Shown here piece after piece: positions 1 to 15,300 of a stretch of 64,000 bases of DNA. Within the stretch, counting starts at the first letter, position 1. Each line of letters starts with the position of its first letter. This stretch comes from Candidatus Lindowbacteria bacterium RIFCSPLOWO2_12_FULL_62_27. Lineage in GTDB: Bacteria > Lindowbacteria > 2-12-FULL-62-27. Below the pieces are notes generated by a model. That model searched no databases and was not told where the DNA came from. It saw only the letters and a list, made by a program, of their open reading frames with translations. The DNA lies in contig MFPR01000019.1 in assembly GCA_001784175.1 (NCBI GenBank), positions 1 to 64,000 on the forward strand. The letters run 5' to 3'. Made by a program: the position numbers and the translations under genes.

Positions 1-3000
1 GTGCGCGCCATCGACGATCTCGCGAACGGGGGATCATATTCAACAACGCGAGGATTTGTGACGGACACGCTCGTGAACCAGGTGAGCCTGAGCCAGCCGT
101 CGGACGGCCACGAGACGACGGCGATCGACTTTCAGGTGAGCTGGAGCGCGAATGCGGACAGCGTGGGGGTGGACAGCTACGCGGTGGAGGTCTCGAAGAA
201 CACGGGCTTTACGAACATCGCGTTTACGGACACGGTGGACCAGGCGTTCACGGCCGACACGGTGACGGGGCTGTACAATGACACGTACTACTGGCGCGTG
301 CGCGCGATCGACGATCTTGCGAACGGCGGGTCGTATTCGGCGACACGTGGATTGGTGACGGACACGATCGTGAACGCGCCGACGTTGTCGCAGCCTGCGG
401 ATGGCCACGAGACGAGCGTGATCGACTTATTGGTGAGCTGGAGCCTGTCGGACAGCGTGGGGATCGACAGCTTTGCGATCGAGGTATCGAAGAACGCGGG
501 CTTCACGAACATCACCTTCACGGACACGATCGACGGCGCGACGGGCCTGACGAGCGACACGATGACGGGGTTGTACAACGACACGTACTACTGGCGGGTG
601 CGCGGGGTGGACGATCTGGCCAACGGCGGGTCCTTTGCGTCTGCCCGAGGATTTGTGACGGACACGATCGTGAACCAGGTGAGCGCGAGTCTGCCGGCGG
701 ACGCGCATGAGACGACGGCGATCAATTTCCAGGTGAGCTGGAGCGCGGTGTCGGACAGCGTGGGCGTGGACAGTTACGCGGTGGAGGTATCGAAGAACAC
801 GTCCTTCACGAACATTGCGTTCACGGACACGGTGGACCAGGCGTTCACGGCGGACACGGTGACCGGTCTCTATAACGACACCTATTACTGGCGTGTGCGC
901 GCGATCGACGATCTTGCGAACGGCGGATCATACTCGACGACGCGAGGATTTGTGACGGACACGATCGTGAACCAGGTGAGCCCGAGTCAGCCCGCGGACG
1001 GCCACGAGACGACCGCCATCGATTTCCAGGTGAGCTGGAGCGCGGTGAGCGACAGCGTGGGCGTGGATTCATACGCGGTAGAGGTCTCCAAGAACACGTC
1101 GTTCACGAACATCACATTTACGGACACGATCGACCAGGCGTTCACGGCGGACACGGTGACGGGGCTGTACAACGATACATACTACTGGCGCGTGCGTGCG
1201 ATTGACGATCTGGCGAACGGCGGGTCGTACTCGGCGACGCGCGGATTTGTGACGGACACGATCGTGAACCAGGCGAGCCTGAGCCAGCCGGCGGACGGTC
1301 ACGAGACGACGGCGATCGATTTCCAAGTGAGCTGGAGCGCGAACGCCGACAGCGTGGGCGTGGACAGTTACGCGGTGGAGGTATCGAAGAACACGTCCTT
1401 CACGAACATCGCGTTCACGGACACGGTGGACCAGGCGAACACGAGCGACACGGTGACGGGATTGTACAACGACACGTACTACTGGCGCGTGCGAGCGACG
1501 GATGATCTGGGCAATGGCGGATCGTTCTCGGCGACACGGGGATTTGTGACGGACACGATCGTGAACCAGGTGAGCGCGAGCCTGCCGGCGGACGGTCACG
1601 AGACGACGGCGATCGACTTTCAGGTGAGCTGGAGCGCGGTGAGCGACAGCGTGGGCGTGGATTCATACGCGGTGGAGGTATCAAAGAACACATCGTTCAC
1701 GAACATCACGTTCACCGACACGGTGGACCAGGCGTTCACGGCCGATACGGTGACGGGGCTGTACAACGACACCTATTACTGGCGCGTGCGCGCGATGGAC
1801 GACCTGGCGAACGGTGGATCGTTCTCGGCGACGCGGGGGTTCATCACCGACACGATCGTAAGCCAGGTGAGCCTGAGCCAGCCGGCGGACGGCCACGAGA
1901 CGACGGCGATAGATTTTCTGGCGAGCTGGAGCGCCGTCGGGGTGGACTCGGTGGGGATCGACAGCTACGCGGTGGAGGTGGCGAAGAGCACGGGATTCAC
2001 GAACATCACGTTCACGGACACGGTGGACGGGACGCGGTCGGATGACACGGTGACGGGGCTGTACAACGACACGTACTTCTGGCGGATGCGGGCGATCGAC
2101 GATCTGGGCAACAGCGGGCAGTATTCGAGCACGCGCGGGTTTGTGACGGACACGCTCGTGAACCAGGTGAGCGCGAGCCTGCCCGCGGACGCGCACGAGA
2201 CGACGGCGATCGACTTCCAAGTGAGCTGGACGGCGGTGAGCGACAGCGTGGGTGTGGACAGCTACGCGGTGGAGGTATCGAAGAACACGTCCTTCACGAA
2301 CATCGCGTTTACGGACACGGTGGACCAGGCGAACACGAGCGACACGGTGACGGGTCTGTACAACGACACGTATTACTGGCGTGTGCGCGCCATCGACGAT
2401 CTCGCGAACGGGGGATCATATTCAACCGCGCGAGGATTTGTGACGGACACAATCGTGAACCAGGTGAGCCTGGGTCTGCCCGCGGACGGCCACGAGACGA
2501 CGGCGATCGACTTTCAGGTGAGCTGGAGCGCGAATGCGGACAGCGTCGGTGTCGACAGTTACGCGGTGGAGGTGTCGAAGAACACAGGCTTCACGAACAT
2601 CACGTTCACGGACACGATCGACCAGGCGTTTACGGCCGACACGGTGACGGGACTGTACAACGATACATACTACTGGCGTGTGCGCGCGATCGACGATCTG
2701 GCGAACGGCGGGTCCTATTCGACGACGCGAGGGTTTGTGACCGACACCCTCGTCAATCAGACGAGCCTGAGCCAGCCCGCGGACGGCCACGAGACGAACG
2801 TGATCGACTTTTTGGTGAGCTGGCAGACGACGGCCGACAGCGTGGGCGTGGACAGTTACGCGATGGAGGTATCGAAGAACACAGCGTTCACGACCATCGC
2901 GTTCACGGACACGGTGCGGGGCGCGCTCACGGGCGACACGGTGACCGGCCTCTACAACGACACCTATTACTGGCGCGCGCGCGTGATCGACGATCTGAGC

Positions 3001-6000
3001 AACAGCGGGCAGTATTCGGCGACACGGGGATTCGTGACGGATACGATCGTGAATCAGGTGAGCCTGAGCCAGCCGGCGGACGCGCACGAGACGACGGCGA
3101 TCGACTTCCAAGTGAGCTGGACGGCGGTGAGCGACAGTGTGGGCGTGGATAGTTACGCGGTGGAGGTATCGAAGAACCCGGGCTTCACGAGCATCGCGTT
3201 CACGGACACGGTGGACCAGGCGTTCACGGCGGACACGGTGACCGGCCTCTACAACGACACGTACTACTGGCGCGTGCGCGCGATCGACGATCTGGGCAAC
3301 GGCGGGTCCTACGCGTCGACGCGGGGCTTTGTGACGGACACGATCGTGAACCAGGTGAGCCTGAGCCAGCCGGCGGACGGCCACGAGACGACGGCGATCG
3401 ATTTCCAGGTGAGCTGGAGCGCGAATGCGGACAGCGTCGGTGTCGACAGTTACGCGGTGGAGGTGTCGAAGAACACATCGTTCACGAACATCACGTTCAC
3501 CGATACGGTGGACCAGGCATTCACGGCCGACACGGTGACGGGGCTGTACAACGACACGTACTACTGGCGCGTGCGCGCGATCGACGATCTCGCGAACGGT
3601 GGATCGTACTCGGCGGCGCGCGGGTTCGTGGCGGACACGATCGTGAATCAGGCGAGCCTGAGCCAGCCTGCGGACGGTCACGAGACGAACGTGATCGACT
3701 TCCAGGTGAGCTGGAGCGCGAACGCGGACAGCGTGGGCGTGGACAGTTACGCGGTGGAGGTATCGAAGAACACGGCGTTTACGAGCATCGCCTTCACGGA
3801 CACGGTGGACGGCGCGCTCACGGCCGACACGGTGACCGGCCTCTACAACGACACTTACTACTGGCGCGTGCGTGCGATCGACGATCTGGCCAACGGCGGG
3901 TCCTATGCGTCGACGCGGGGGTTTGTGACGGACACGATCGTCAATCAGGTGAGCCTGAGCCAGCCGGCGGACGCGCACGAGACGACGGCGATCGGCTTTC
4001 AGGTGAGCTGGAGCGCCGTGAGCGACAGCGTGGGCGTGGACAGCTACGCGGTGGAGGTATCGAAGAACACGGCGTTTACGAACATCGCGTTCACCGACAC
4101 GGTGGACCAGGCGAACACCCTCGACACGGTGACGGGCCTCTACAACGACACCTACTACTGGCGCGTGCGCGCCATCGACGATCTGGGCAACGGCGGGTCC
4201 TACGCGTCGACGCGGGGATTCGTGACGGACACGATCGTGAACCAGGCGAGCCTGAGCCTGCCGGCGGACGGCCACGAAACGACGGCGATCGACTTTCAGG
4301 TGAGCTGGAGCGCGAATGCGGACAGCGTGGGTGTGGATTCATACGCGGTGGAGGTATCGAAGAACACGTCCTTCACGAACATCGCGTTCACCGACACGGT
4401 GGACCAGGCGTTCACGGCGGACACGGTGACGGGACTCTACAACGACACGTACTACTGGCGCGTGCGCGCGATCGACGATCTTGCGAACGGCGGATCGTAT
4501 TCGGCGACGCGCGGGTTTGTGACCGACACGATCGTGAACCAGACGAGCCTGTCGCAGCCCGCGGACGGTCACGAGACGAACGTGATCGACTTCCAGGTGA
4601 GCTGGATCGCGAATGCCGACAGCGTGGGCGTGGACAGTTACGCGGTGGAGGTATCGAAGAGCACGGCGTTTACGGCCATCGCCTTCACGGACACCGTGGA
4701 CCAGGCGAACACGGCCGACACGGTGACGGGACTCTACAACGACACCTATTACTGGCGCGTGCGCGCCATCGACGATCTGGGCAATGGCGGGCCGTACGCG
4801 TCGACGCGGGGATTCGTCGCGGACACGATCGTGAACCAGGTGAGCGCGAGCCAGCCGGCGGACGCACACGAGACGACGGCGATCGACTTCCAAGTGAGCT
4901 GGAGCGCGGTGAGCGACAGCGTGGGCGTGGACAGCTACGCGGTGGAGGTATCGAAGAACACGTCGTTCACGAATGTCACGTTCACGGACACAGTGGACCA
5001 GGCGAACACCCTCGACACGGTGACGGGGCTGTATAACGACACGTACTACTGGCGGGTGCGCGCCATCGACGATCTGGGCAACGGCGGGGCCTTCTCGACG
5101 ACGCGCGGTTTCCTGACGGACACCATCGTGAGCCAGGTGACGCTGTCCCAGCCTGCGGACGGCCACGAGACGAACGTCATCAATTTCCTGGTGAGCTGGG
5201 CGGCGGTCGGAACCGATTCCGTGGGAATCGACAGTTATGCGGTGGAGGTATCGAAGTCGACGGCCTTCACCAGTATCATCTTTTCCGACACCGTGGACGG
5301 CTTGAGGTCGGACGACACGGTGACTTCGCTGTACAACGACACATACTTCTGGCGAATGCGGGCCTTGGATGATCTCGGCAACAGCGGGCAGTATTCGTCG
5401 TCCCGGGGATTCGTCACCGATACGATCGTGAATCAGGTGAGCCTGAGCCAGCCGGCGGACGGGCATGAGACGACGGCGATCGACTTTCAGGTGAGCTGGA
5501 GCGCCGTGAGCGACAGCATCGGTGTGGACAGCTACGCCGTGGAGGTGTCGAAGAACACGTCGTTCACGAACATCACGTTCACAGACACGATCGACCAGGC
5601 ATTCACGGCCGACACGGTGACCGGCCTTTATAACGATACATATTATTGGCGCGTCCGCGCCATCGACGATCTGGCCAACGGCGGGTCCTACTCGGCCACG
5701 CGGGGCTTCGTCACGGACACCCGCGTCAATCAGGCGAGCCTGTCGCAGCCGGCCGACGGCCATGAGACGACGGCGATCAACATTCTCGTGAGCTGGAGCG
5801 CGGTCAGCGACAGCGTCGGCGTCGACAGTTACGCGGTGGAGGTGTCGAAGAATACAGCCTTCACCAACATCACCTTTACGGACACGCTCGACCAGGCGAA
5901 CACGAGCGACACGGTGACCGGCCTTTACAACGACACGTACTACTGGCGCCTGCGCGCGATCGACGATCTGGCCAACGGCGGGTCCTACTCGGCCACGCGG

Positions 6001-6310
6001 GGCTTCGTCACGGACACCCTCGTCAATCAGGTGACGGTGTCGCTGCCGGCCGACGGCCACGAGACGACCAATTTGAAGCCGGTCGCCCGTTGGAGCGCGG
6101 TTTCGGACAGCGTCTCCGTCGATTCCTATGTGGTGGAAGTATCCAAACTCCTGACCTTCGAAACAACCGTGCTGGTCGACACGGTCGACGGCGCCCTGAC
6201 CCAGGACACCCTTTCGACCCTGCCCGACCCCGACACCTACTACTGGCGCGTGCGCGCGATCGACGATCTGGCGAACAAGGGGCCGTATTCGGATACGCGC
6301 GGGTTTGCCC
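1..6310 (+). repeat. Tandem coding repeat A (Fn3-like), ~297-300 bp period, ~21 copies
   Basis: GHET/AHET motif recurs at about 106, 403, 703, 1000, 1297 ... 6055. Confidence 0.9.
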
Positions 6311-9300
6311 TCGTCACGCCCGCCACGCTGCTCATCTTTGAAGACGCCACGTTCACGGACGTCGTGGACACGCTCCTCACTCGGGACCTCATTTTCGTTG
6401 AAGTCTCCGACACGGACGAGAGCCGGAACGAGTCGGCGGTCGAAACCGTGACGGTCACCGCCTATGTCGCCGACGACGCGGCCGGCCTGGTCATCGACAC
6501 ACAGACGCTGATCCTGACGGAGACGTCGAATTCTTCCGGGATATTCCGAAGCGGCGCCATCCTGGTCACGGACACGGTCATTCCGGCCTTGAGCGACGGC
6601 ATTCTGAGCTGGGGCCGGTCGGACACGCTGCACGTGACCTATACGGACGCGAACTGCTCGGTCGACTCCTCCTACGACACCGCGCTGGCGCTGGAAATCG
6701 CGACGAGCGCGCGGGTGATCTTCTACGAGGACACGGCCTACGGAGACGAAGTCGACACCTATCTCACGCGGGACCTGATGTACGTGGCGGTCCATGACAC
6801 CGACGAGAACCGCAATCCGCAGTCTCTGGATACGGTGCAGGCGACCGTGTACGTGGGGAACGGCTACGCGGAGGGGACGGGGTCGGCGGGGGTGAGCGCG
6901 CAGGGGCTGGTGCTGGACACGCAGACCCTGGTGCTGACGGAGTCGGGCAAGGCGACCGGCGTATTCCAGAGCGATACGATCACGCTGACCGATACGGAGG
7001 TGCCGGTGACCGAAAACGGCCGCCTGAGCTGGGGCCGGCAGGACACCGCGCAGGTGACCTATACGGACGTGACAGGCACCAGCGAGACGTCGACCGATAC
7101 GGCGCTGGCGCTCGAAATCACGACAACCCTGGCGATCCAGCTCTTCGAAAACCAGGCCCTGACCGACGACGTCGACACCTACCAGACACGCGACCTCCTG
7201 TTCGTCATGGTGTCCGACACGGACGAGAACCGCAATCCGCAGATGAAGGACACCGTGAGCGTCATTGTCTACGTGGGCAACGGCACCGCGGGCAACGGCG
7301 CGGCCGGGCTCGTGATTGACACGGAGACACTGACGTTGACAGAGAGCGCTGAGACCTCCGCAATTTTCCAGAGCGACACCGTGGTCACGACCGATACGAA
7401 GGTACCCACCGTGAACGACGGCGTCCTGAGCTGGGGCCTCTCCGACACGATGCATCTTGTCTACACCGACGTGACGGGCACGAGCGAGACGGGGAATGAC
7501 ACCGCGCTGGCGCTCGAAATCAAGACGACGGCCGCCGTCCAATTCTACGAGGACGCGGCCTACACGGACGACGTCGACACCTTCCAGGTGAGAAACGACG
7601 TCGTGTATGTGGTCGTGTACGACACCGACGAGAACAAGAACCCGCAGTCGCCGGCGGAAACGGTGACCGTCACCGTGTATGTGGGTGACGCAAGCTGCGA
7701 GGCGGGAACCGCCATCGGCCTCGTGCTGGACACGGAGACGCTGGTGCTGACGGAGAGCGGGGAGACGACAGGAATCTTCCGCAGTGCGGCCATCGCGATT
7801 GTCGACACGGAGTTTCCGCTGGTCGCGGCCAACGGCCGGCTGGCGGCCGGATTGAACGATACGATTCACGTCACGTACACGGACAGCAACGACGCGACGG
7901 ACGCCCGGAGCGACACCGCGCTTCTGGTCGACGCGGCGACGGCGAGCGTGACGCAGATCTTCGAGGAGGCCGGATTCACAGATGAGGTCGACACGCTGCT
8001 CTCCCGGGACGTGATGTTCGTCCAGGTGACCGACACGGACGAAAACTGCGATCCGCAGGACCGGGACACCGTGCAGGTCACCGTGTTCGTCGGCAACGGC
8101 TATGCCGAAGGCTCGAGCGCCCAGGGCCTGGTGATCGACACGGAAACGCTGACGCTGACGGAGACGGGTGAAACCAGCGGCGTCTTCCGCAGCGACACGA
8201 TCGTGGTCACCGACACGAAGGCGCCCGTGGTGAACGACGGCGTCGTGAGCTGGGGCCGGAACGACACGCTGACCGTGAGGTACGGCGACAAGAACGGTTC
8301 CGACACGACGACGGACACGGCGCTGGCGCTTGAAATCGCGACCGCCGCGCGCGCAGTCCTCTATGAGGACGCCGCCTTCGGCGACGAGGTCGACACCTAC
8401 CAGACGCGCGACGTCCTGTACGTGGCGGTCCACGACACGGACGAGAATCGCAATCCGCAGTCGAAGGACACGGTCTCCGTCACGGTCTACATCGGAAACG
8501 GCTCGGTGGAGGGGTCCGACACGCAGGCGCTGGTGCTCGACACCCAGACGCTGGTCCTGACCGAAAGCGGCGAGACCACGGGCGTGTTCCAGAGCGCCGC
8601 GATCGCGCTGACCGACACGGAGAAACCCGCCGTGGAGAACGGCATGGTGAGCTGGGGCAGGAGCGACACGCTGCACATCGTCTACACCGACGTGACCGGC
8701 ACAAGCGAGACCACGACCGACACGGCGCTGGCCCTTGAGATCGCCGCCACCGCGCGCGTAATCTTCTACGAGGACGCCGCCTACGGCGACGAGGTCGATA
8801 CCTACCAGACGCGTGACATCATGTACGTCGCGGTCCATGACACGGACGAAAACCGAAATCCGCAGTACAAAGACACCGTCCAAGCGACCGTCTACGTGGG
8901 CAACGGCTACGCCGAGGGCTCGTACGCCCAGGGTCTCGTGCTCGACACGCAGACCCTGGTCTTGACCGAGAGCGGCGAGACCACGGGCGTCTTCCAGAGC
9001 GCCGCGATCGCGCTGACCGACACTGAGGTGCCGGTCACCGAAAACACGCGCCTCTCCTGGGGCCGCAGCGACACGATGCACGCGACCTACACGGACGTGA
9101 CGGGCACGAGCGAGACCACGAACGACACGGCGCTGGCGCTCGAGATCGCGACCGCTTCCGTCGTCCAGCTTTACGAGGACAGCGACTACACGGACGCGGT
9201 GGACACGTACCTCGTACGGAACGACGCCATGTTCATCTGGCTGGCGGACACCGACGAAAACCGCAATCCCCAGATGATCGACACGGTGAGCGTGACGATT

Positions 9301-12300
9301 TATGCGGGAGACGACGCGAGCGCGCTGGTGACCGACACCGAGATTATCGTGATGACCGAGACAACTGAAACCAGCGGCATCTTCCGCTTCTCCGGCCTGA
9401 CCGTCGCGGATACGGGAGTCTCGACATCCCAGAACGGGAGCCTGAACTGGGGCACGAGCGACACGGCGCATGTCTCCTACACGGACGTGACCGGCGGGAC
9501 GTCGGATGCGGCGTCCGATACGGCGTTGTCGATCGCTGTTCCGACCCAGAGCGTGGTACAGGTTTACGAGGACGCCCTCTACACAGACGATGTCGACACC
9601 TATCTGACGCGTGACATTCTTTACGTCGCCCTGTACGACACGGACGAGAATCAGAACCCGCAGAGCGTTGAAACCGTCACGGTGACCGTCTATGTCGGAA
9701 ACGGATACACGGAAGGCTCGACCGCGCAGGGTCTGATCATCGACACGGAAACGCTGACCTTGACGGAAGCGACCGACACGCCGGGAGTCTTCCGAAGCGG
9801 CGCGGTCGTCCTCACCGACACGACGAAGCCGGTCGTCAGCGACGGCGTCGTGAGCTGGGGCCGGGCGGACACGCTGACCGTAAAATATCTGGACAACGAC
9901 GACGCAACGGACACCTCGGCCGATACGGCCCTGGCGATCGAGATCGCCTCGACCGTGGCGTTGCAGTTGTTCGAGGACAACGGATACGCCGACGGCGTCG
10001 ACACCTATCTGACGCGCGATGTCATGCATCTTTGGGCGCAGGACACGGACGAAAACCGCAATCCCAGTCTCAAAGACACGATTGCGGTGACCGTGTACGT
10101 CGGCAACGGCGCCGCCGAGGGTGCGAGCGCGGCGGGACTCGTGCTGGACACGGAGGTGTTGACCCTGACGGAAACGACGGAGACGTCGTCGATCTTCGTG
10201 AGTGACACGGTCAACCTGACGGATACGAAGCTCCCCGGGGTGAGCGACGGCGTCATCAGTTGGGGCCGCTCGGACACGCTGCACGTCACCTACACCGACG
10301 TGACCGGCACGAGCGAATCGGCCAACGACACTGCGCTGGCCATTGAAAGCGCAACATCCGCACGGGCGATTTTCTATGAGGACCCGGCCTACGGCGACGA
10401 AGTCGACACCTACCTCACGCGCGACGTGATGTACGTGGCGGTTCATGACACGGACGAAAACCGCAACCCGCAACTGAAAGACACGGTACAGGTGACCGTC
10501 TACGCCGGGAACGGCTACGCCGAAGGCGGCTACGCGCAGGGCCTGGTGCTGGACACGCAGACGCTGGTCCTGACGGAGAGCGGCGAGACCACAGGGATAT
10601 TCTGGAGCGACACGGTGGTCCTGACCGACACCCTGACGCCGGCCGTCGAGAACAACCGCCTGAGCTGGGGCCGGCAGGACACGCTGTTTGTGACATACAC
10701 CGACGTGACAGGCACGAGCGAAACGGCGAACGACACGGCGCTGGCGCTTGAAATCGCGACGACCGCGCGGGCTGTCCTGTACGAAGACGGCGCCTACGGC
10801 GACGAGGTCGACACGTACCTGACACGTGACGTGATGTACGTGGCCGTCCACGACACAGACGAAAACCGAAACCCGCAATTCAAAGACACCGTGCAGGTGA
10901 CCGTCTACGTCGGAAACGGCTACGCCGAAGGGTCCTACGCGCAGGGTCTCGTGCTGGATACGCAGACGCTGGTGCTGACCGAGAGTGGCGAGACGACGGG
11001 CGTCTTCTGGAGTGACACACTGGTTCTGACCGACACAAGGACGCCGGCGGTGGAGGACAACCGCCTGTCGTGGGGCCGGTCGGACACCCTGCAGGTTGCC
11101 TACTCCGACGTGACGGGATCAAGCGAGTCCGCAACGGACACCGCGCTCGCGCTCGAAATCGCCAGCGCCCTCACACTGCAAATATACGAAAACGAAGGAA
11201 ACACGGACGACGTCGACACCTACCTGACCCGCGACGTCATGCACGTGTGGGTCATGGACACGGATGAGAACCGCAACCCGCAAATGCGCGACACCGTGCA
11301 GGTGACGGTCTACGTCGGAAACAGCTACTCCGAAGGAGGCTACGCCCAGGGCCTCGTCCTCGACACGGACGCGATCACGCTCACGGAGAGTTCCGAAACC
11401 TCGGGCATCTTCCGCAGCGACACCGTGAACCTCACCGATACAAAGTGGCCCGTCGTGAACGACGGCGTCGTGAGCTGGGGCCGCGCCGACACGCTGCACG
11501 TGCTCTACAGCGACGTCACGGGCACAAGCGAGAGCGGCAACGACACGGCGCTCGCGCTCGAGATCGCCACGACCGCCCGCGCCGTCCTGTACGAGGACGC
11601 CGCCTACGGCGACGAGGTCGACACGTACTTCACGCGCGACTTCCTGTACGTGGCCGTGCACGACACGGACGAAAACCGCAATCCCCAGGCCAAAGACACC
11701 GTGCAGGTGGTGGTATACATCGGCAACGGCACGGCCGAGGGCACGGCGTCATCGGGGATCGAGGCGGCGGCGCTGGTCATCGACACCCAGACGCTGGTCC
11801 TGACGGAGAGCGGCGAAACCACGGGCATCTTCCAGAGCGGCGCGATCCCGCTGACCGACACCGAAAAACCGGTCGTCGAAAACAGCCGGCTCAGTTGGGG
11901 CCGCTCCGACACCCTGCACCTCGTCTACACCGACGTGACCGGCACAAGCGAAACGACGAACGATACGGCGCTCGCCCTCGAAACGGGGACGGCGATGACG
12001 ATCCAGTTGTACGAGGACGCCAATTTCACCGACGACGTCGACACCTATTTGAAGCGCGACGTCATGTACATTCAGGTGCAGGACACCGACGAGAACCGCA
12101 ACCCGCAGGTGAAGGACACCGTCAGCGCGATCGTCCGGGTCGGCAACGACACCGATGGATCCTTCATCGACACCGAAACGATTGTCCTGACGGAAACAAG
12201 CGAAACGAGCGGCATCTTCCGCAGCGCTGCCATCAATCTGACCGACACGACCAGCCCGGTCGTCGGCGACGGCGTGGTGAGCTGGGGGCTCTCCGACACG

Positions 12301-15300
12301 ACGCACGTCGTGTACGTCGACGCGAGCGACGGCGCGGACCAGGGCTTCGACACGGCGCTGGCCATTGACATTCCGACGCCGAGCCGCGTGCTGTTCTACG
12401 AGGACGCGGGCTACGGCGACGAGGTCGACACCTTCTACACGCGCGACTTCCTCTACCTCGCCGTGCACGACACCGACGAAAACCGCAGCCCGCAGGGCGT
12501 CGACACGGTGACGGTGACGATGGTCGTCGGGAACGACCGGGACGGCCTCGTGCTCGATACGGAGACGCTGATCCTCACCGAGTCCGGCAGCACCACCGGC
12601 ATCTTCCGCAGCGACACGATCAACCTCACGGACACGAAGGTGCCGGCGGTCAACGACGGCATCGTCAGTTGGGGCGTGAGCGACACGCTGTTTGTGAAAT
12701 ATACGGACGCGAACGACGCGTCGGACAGCGCGACCGACACGGCCCTGGCGCTGGAGATCGCCAGCGCGGTGTCGATGCAGCTTTACGAGAACCACGGCAA
12801 CACCGACGACGTGGACACCTACCTGACGCGGGACGTGATGCACGTGTGGCTGATGGACACGGACGAAAACCGCAACCCGCAGTCGCGGGACACCGTGACC
12901 GTGACCGTCCACGTCGGCAACGGCGTGGCGGAGGGCGGCGCCGGGCAGGGGCTGGTGATCGACACGGAAACGCTGACGATGACGGAAACGGCGGAGACCT
13001 CGGGGATTTTCGTGAGCGACACCGTCAACCTCACCGACACGAAGGTCCCCGCCGCAAACGACGGCGTCGTGAGCTGGGGCCGGTCCGATACGCTGCAGGT
13101 CGTCTACACGGACGTGAGCGGGACGAGCGAGTCCGCAAACGACACCGCGCTGGCGATCGAAATTCCGTCCACGGCCGCCCTCCAGCTCTTTGACGACCTC
13201 GCGCTCACCGATCCCGTGGATACGTACCTCACAATCGACGCGATGTACGTGATGGTCCAGGACACCGACGAGAACCGCAATCCGGAACTGCGCGACACCG
13301 TCTACGTCACGGCCTACATCGGAAACGGCAGTTCCGTCGGCGGCGGCGCCGCGCTGGTCCTCGACACGATGACCATCGTTCTGACGGAAAGCGCCGAAAC
13401 CTCGGGCCTCTTCCGGAGCGACACCCTCACCCTGACGAACGTTGTGGTCCCGTCAACCTCCGACAGTGTTCTCTCCTGGGGCGAGATCGACACCCTGCAC
13501 GTCGTCTACGTCGACGCGCTGGGAACAAGCGAATCGGCCGGTGATACCGCGCTTGCGATCGAGGATCCGAAGACATCGACGGTCGAGATATATGAGGAGC
13601 TCACCTTCACCGACGTCGTCGATACGCTCTTCACGAGGGACGTCCTGTTCATCCAGGTGACCGACACCGACGAGAACCGCAACCCGCAGTCGACCGACAC
13701 CGTGAGCGTCACGATCTACGTCGGCAACGGCTACGCCGAGGGCGCCTCCGCCCAGGGACTCGTCCTTGACACCGCCACATGGGTGCTCACGGAGGTGAGC
13801 ACGGCCGCCTCCACATTCCGCAGCGACACGATCCCGCTGTCCGACACGGTCGTCCCGTCCGCATCCGACGGATTCCTGAGCTGGGGCCGGGCGGACACGC
13901 TGCACGTCACGTATACGGACGCGACCGCCGCCACCGACGCGAGCTACGACACGGCCCTGGCGCTCGAAATCGCGCAGACCGCGCGTGTCATTCTCTACGA
14001 GGACAGCGCGTTCTCCGACGATGTCGACACCTATCTGACCCGGGACCTCATGTTCGTGGCGGTGCATGACACGGACGAGAACCGCAATCCGCAACAGAAA
14101 GACACCGTGAGCGTGACCGTCTACGTGGGGAACAACTACGAGGGGCTGGTCCTCGATACCGAAACGCTCGTGTTGACGGAGAGCGGAGAAACGACCGGCG
14201 TCTTCCTGAGCGACACCGTGACCCTGACGGACACGGAGCAGCCGTCGGCCGAGAACAGCCGCATCAGTTGGGGCCGGTCCGACACGCTCTACGCAGGCTA
14301 CACGGACGTGACGGGTACGAGCGAAACCGCGACTGACACGGCCCTGGCGCTTGAAATCGCGTCGACCGCCGCTCTGCAGCTCTTCGAAGACGCGAATTAC
14401 ACGGACGACGTCGACACGTATCTCACGAGAGACGCAATGTACGTCTGGATGATGGACACGGACGAAAACCGCAACCCACAGAGCAAGGACACCGTGACCG
14501 TCACGGTCTATGTGGCCAACGCGACCTACGGCGGCGGCGCGGCCGCGCTGGTGATCGACACGGAAACCCTGACGCTGACCGAAAGCGGCGAGACCACGGC
14601 GATCTTCCGCAGCGGGTCTCTGACCGTGACCGATACGAAAGTCCCGTCCGTCAACGACGGCGTCCTGTCCTGGGGAGCTTCCGACACTCTGCACGTCGCG
14701 TACACCGACGCGACGGGCACTTCGGAGGAACGCTCGGACACGGCGCTTGCGGTTGAAATCGCGACCGCCGCCGCCGTCTACTTCTACGAGGACAGCGGCT
14801 ACACCGACATCGTCGACACCTATCTCATGCGCAACGACCTCGCCTATCTCGTGGTCTACGACACCGACGAGAACCGCAACCCGCAGGCCATCGAAACGGT
14901 GACGGTCACCGTTCATGTCGGCGACACGACCGGGCTCGTCCGAGACACCGAAACCTTCGTCCTCACAGAATCCGGCGAGACCACCGGCATCTTCCGCAGC
15001 GTCGCCGTCAACCTTGTCGATTCGGACGCGACCTCGCCCGCGTCGAACGGCAGGCTCGAGGTCCGAAAAGCCGACACCCTCCACATGGCCTACACCGATT
15101 CCAATGCCGGAACGGACATCGCCTACGACACCGCCCTCGTCAAATGGGTAACGAACGTCACGCTGGTCAGCCCGGCCAACGGCCACGAAACAACCAACGC
15201 CAAACCCGTGGTGCGCTGGAGCGGGGATGCGGACAGCGTGCTGGTGGATTCCTTCGTCGTCGAGGTCTCGAAGGTCTCGACGTTTGCTTCGACGGTGCTG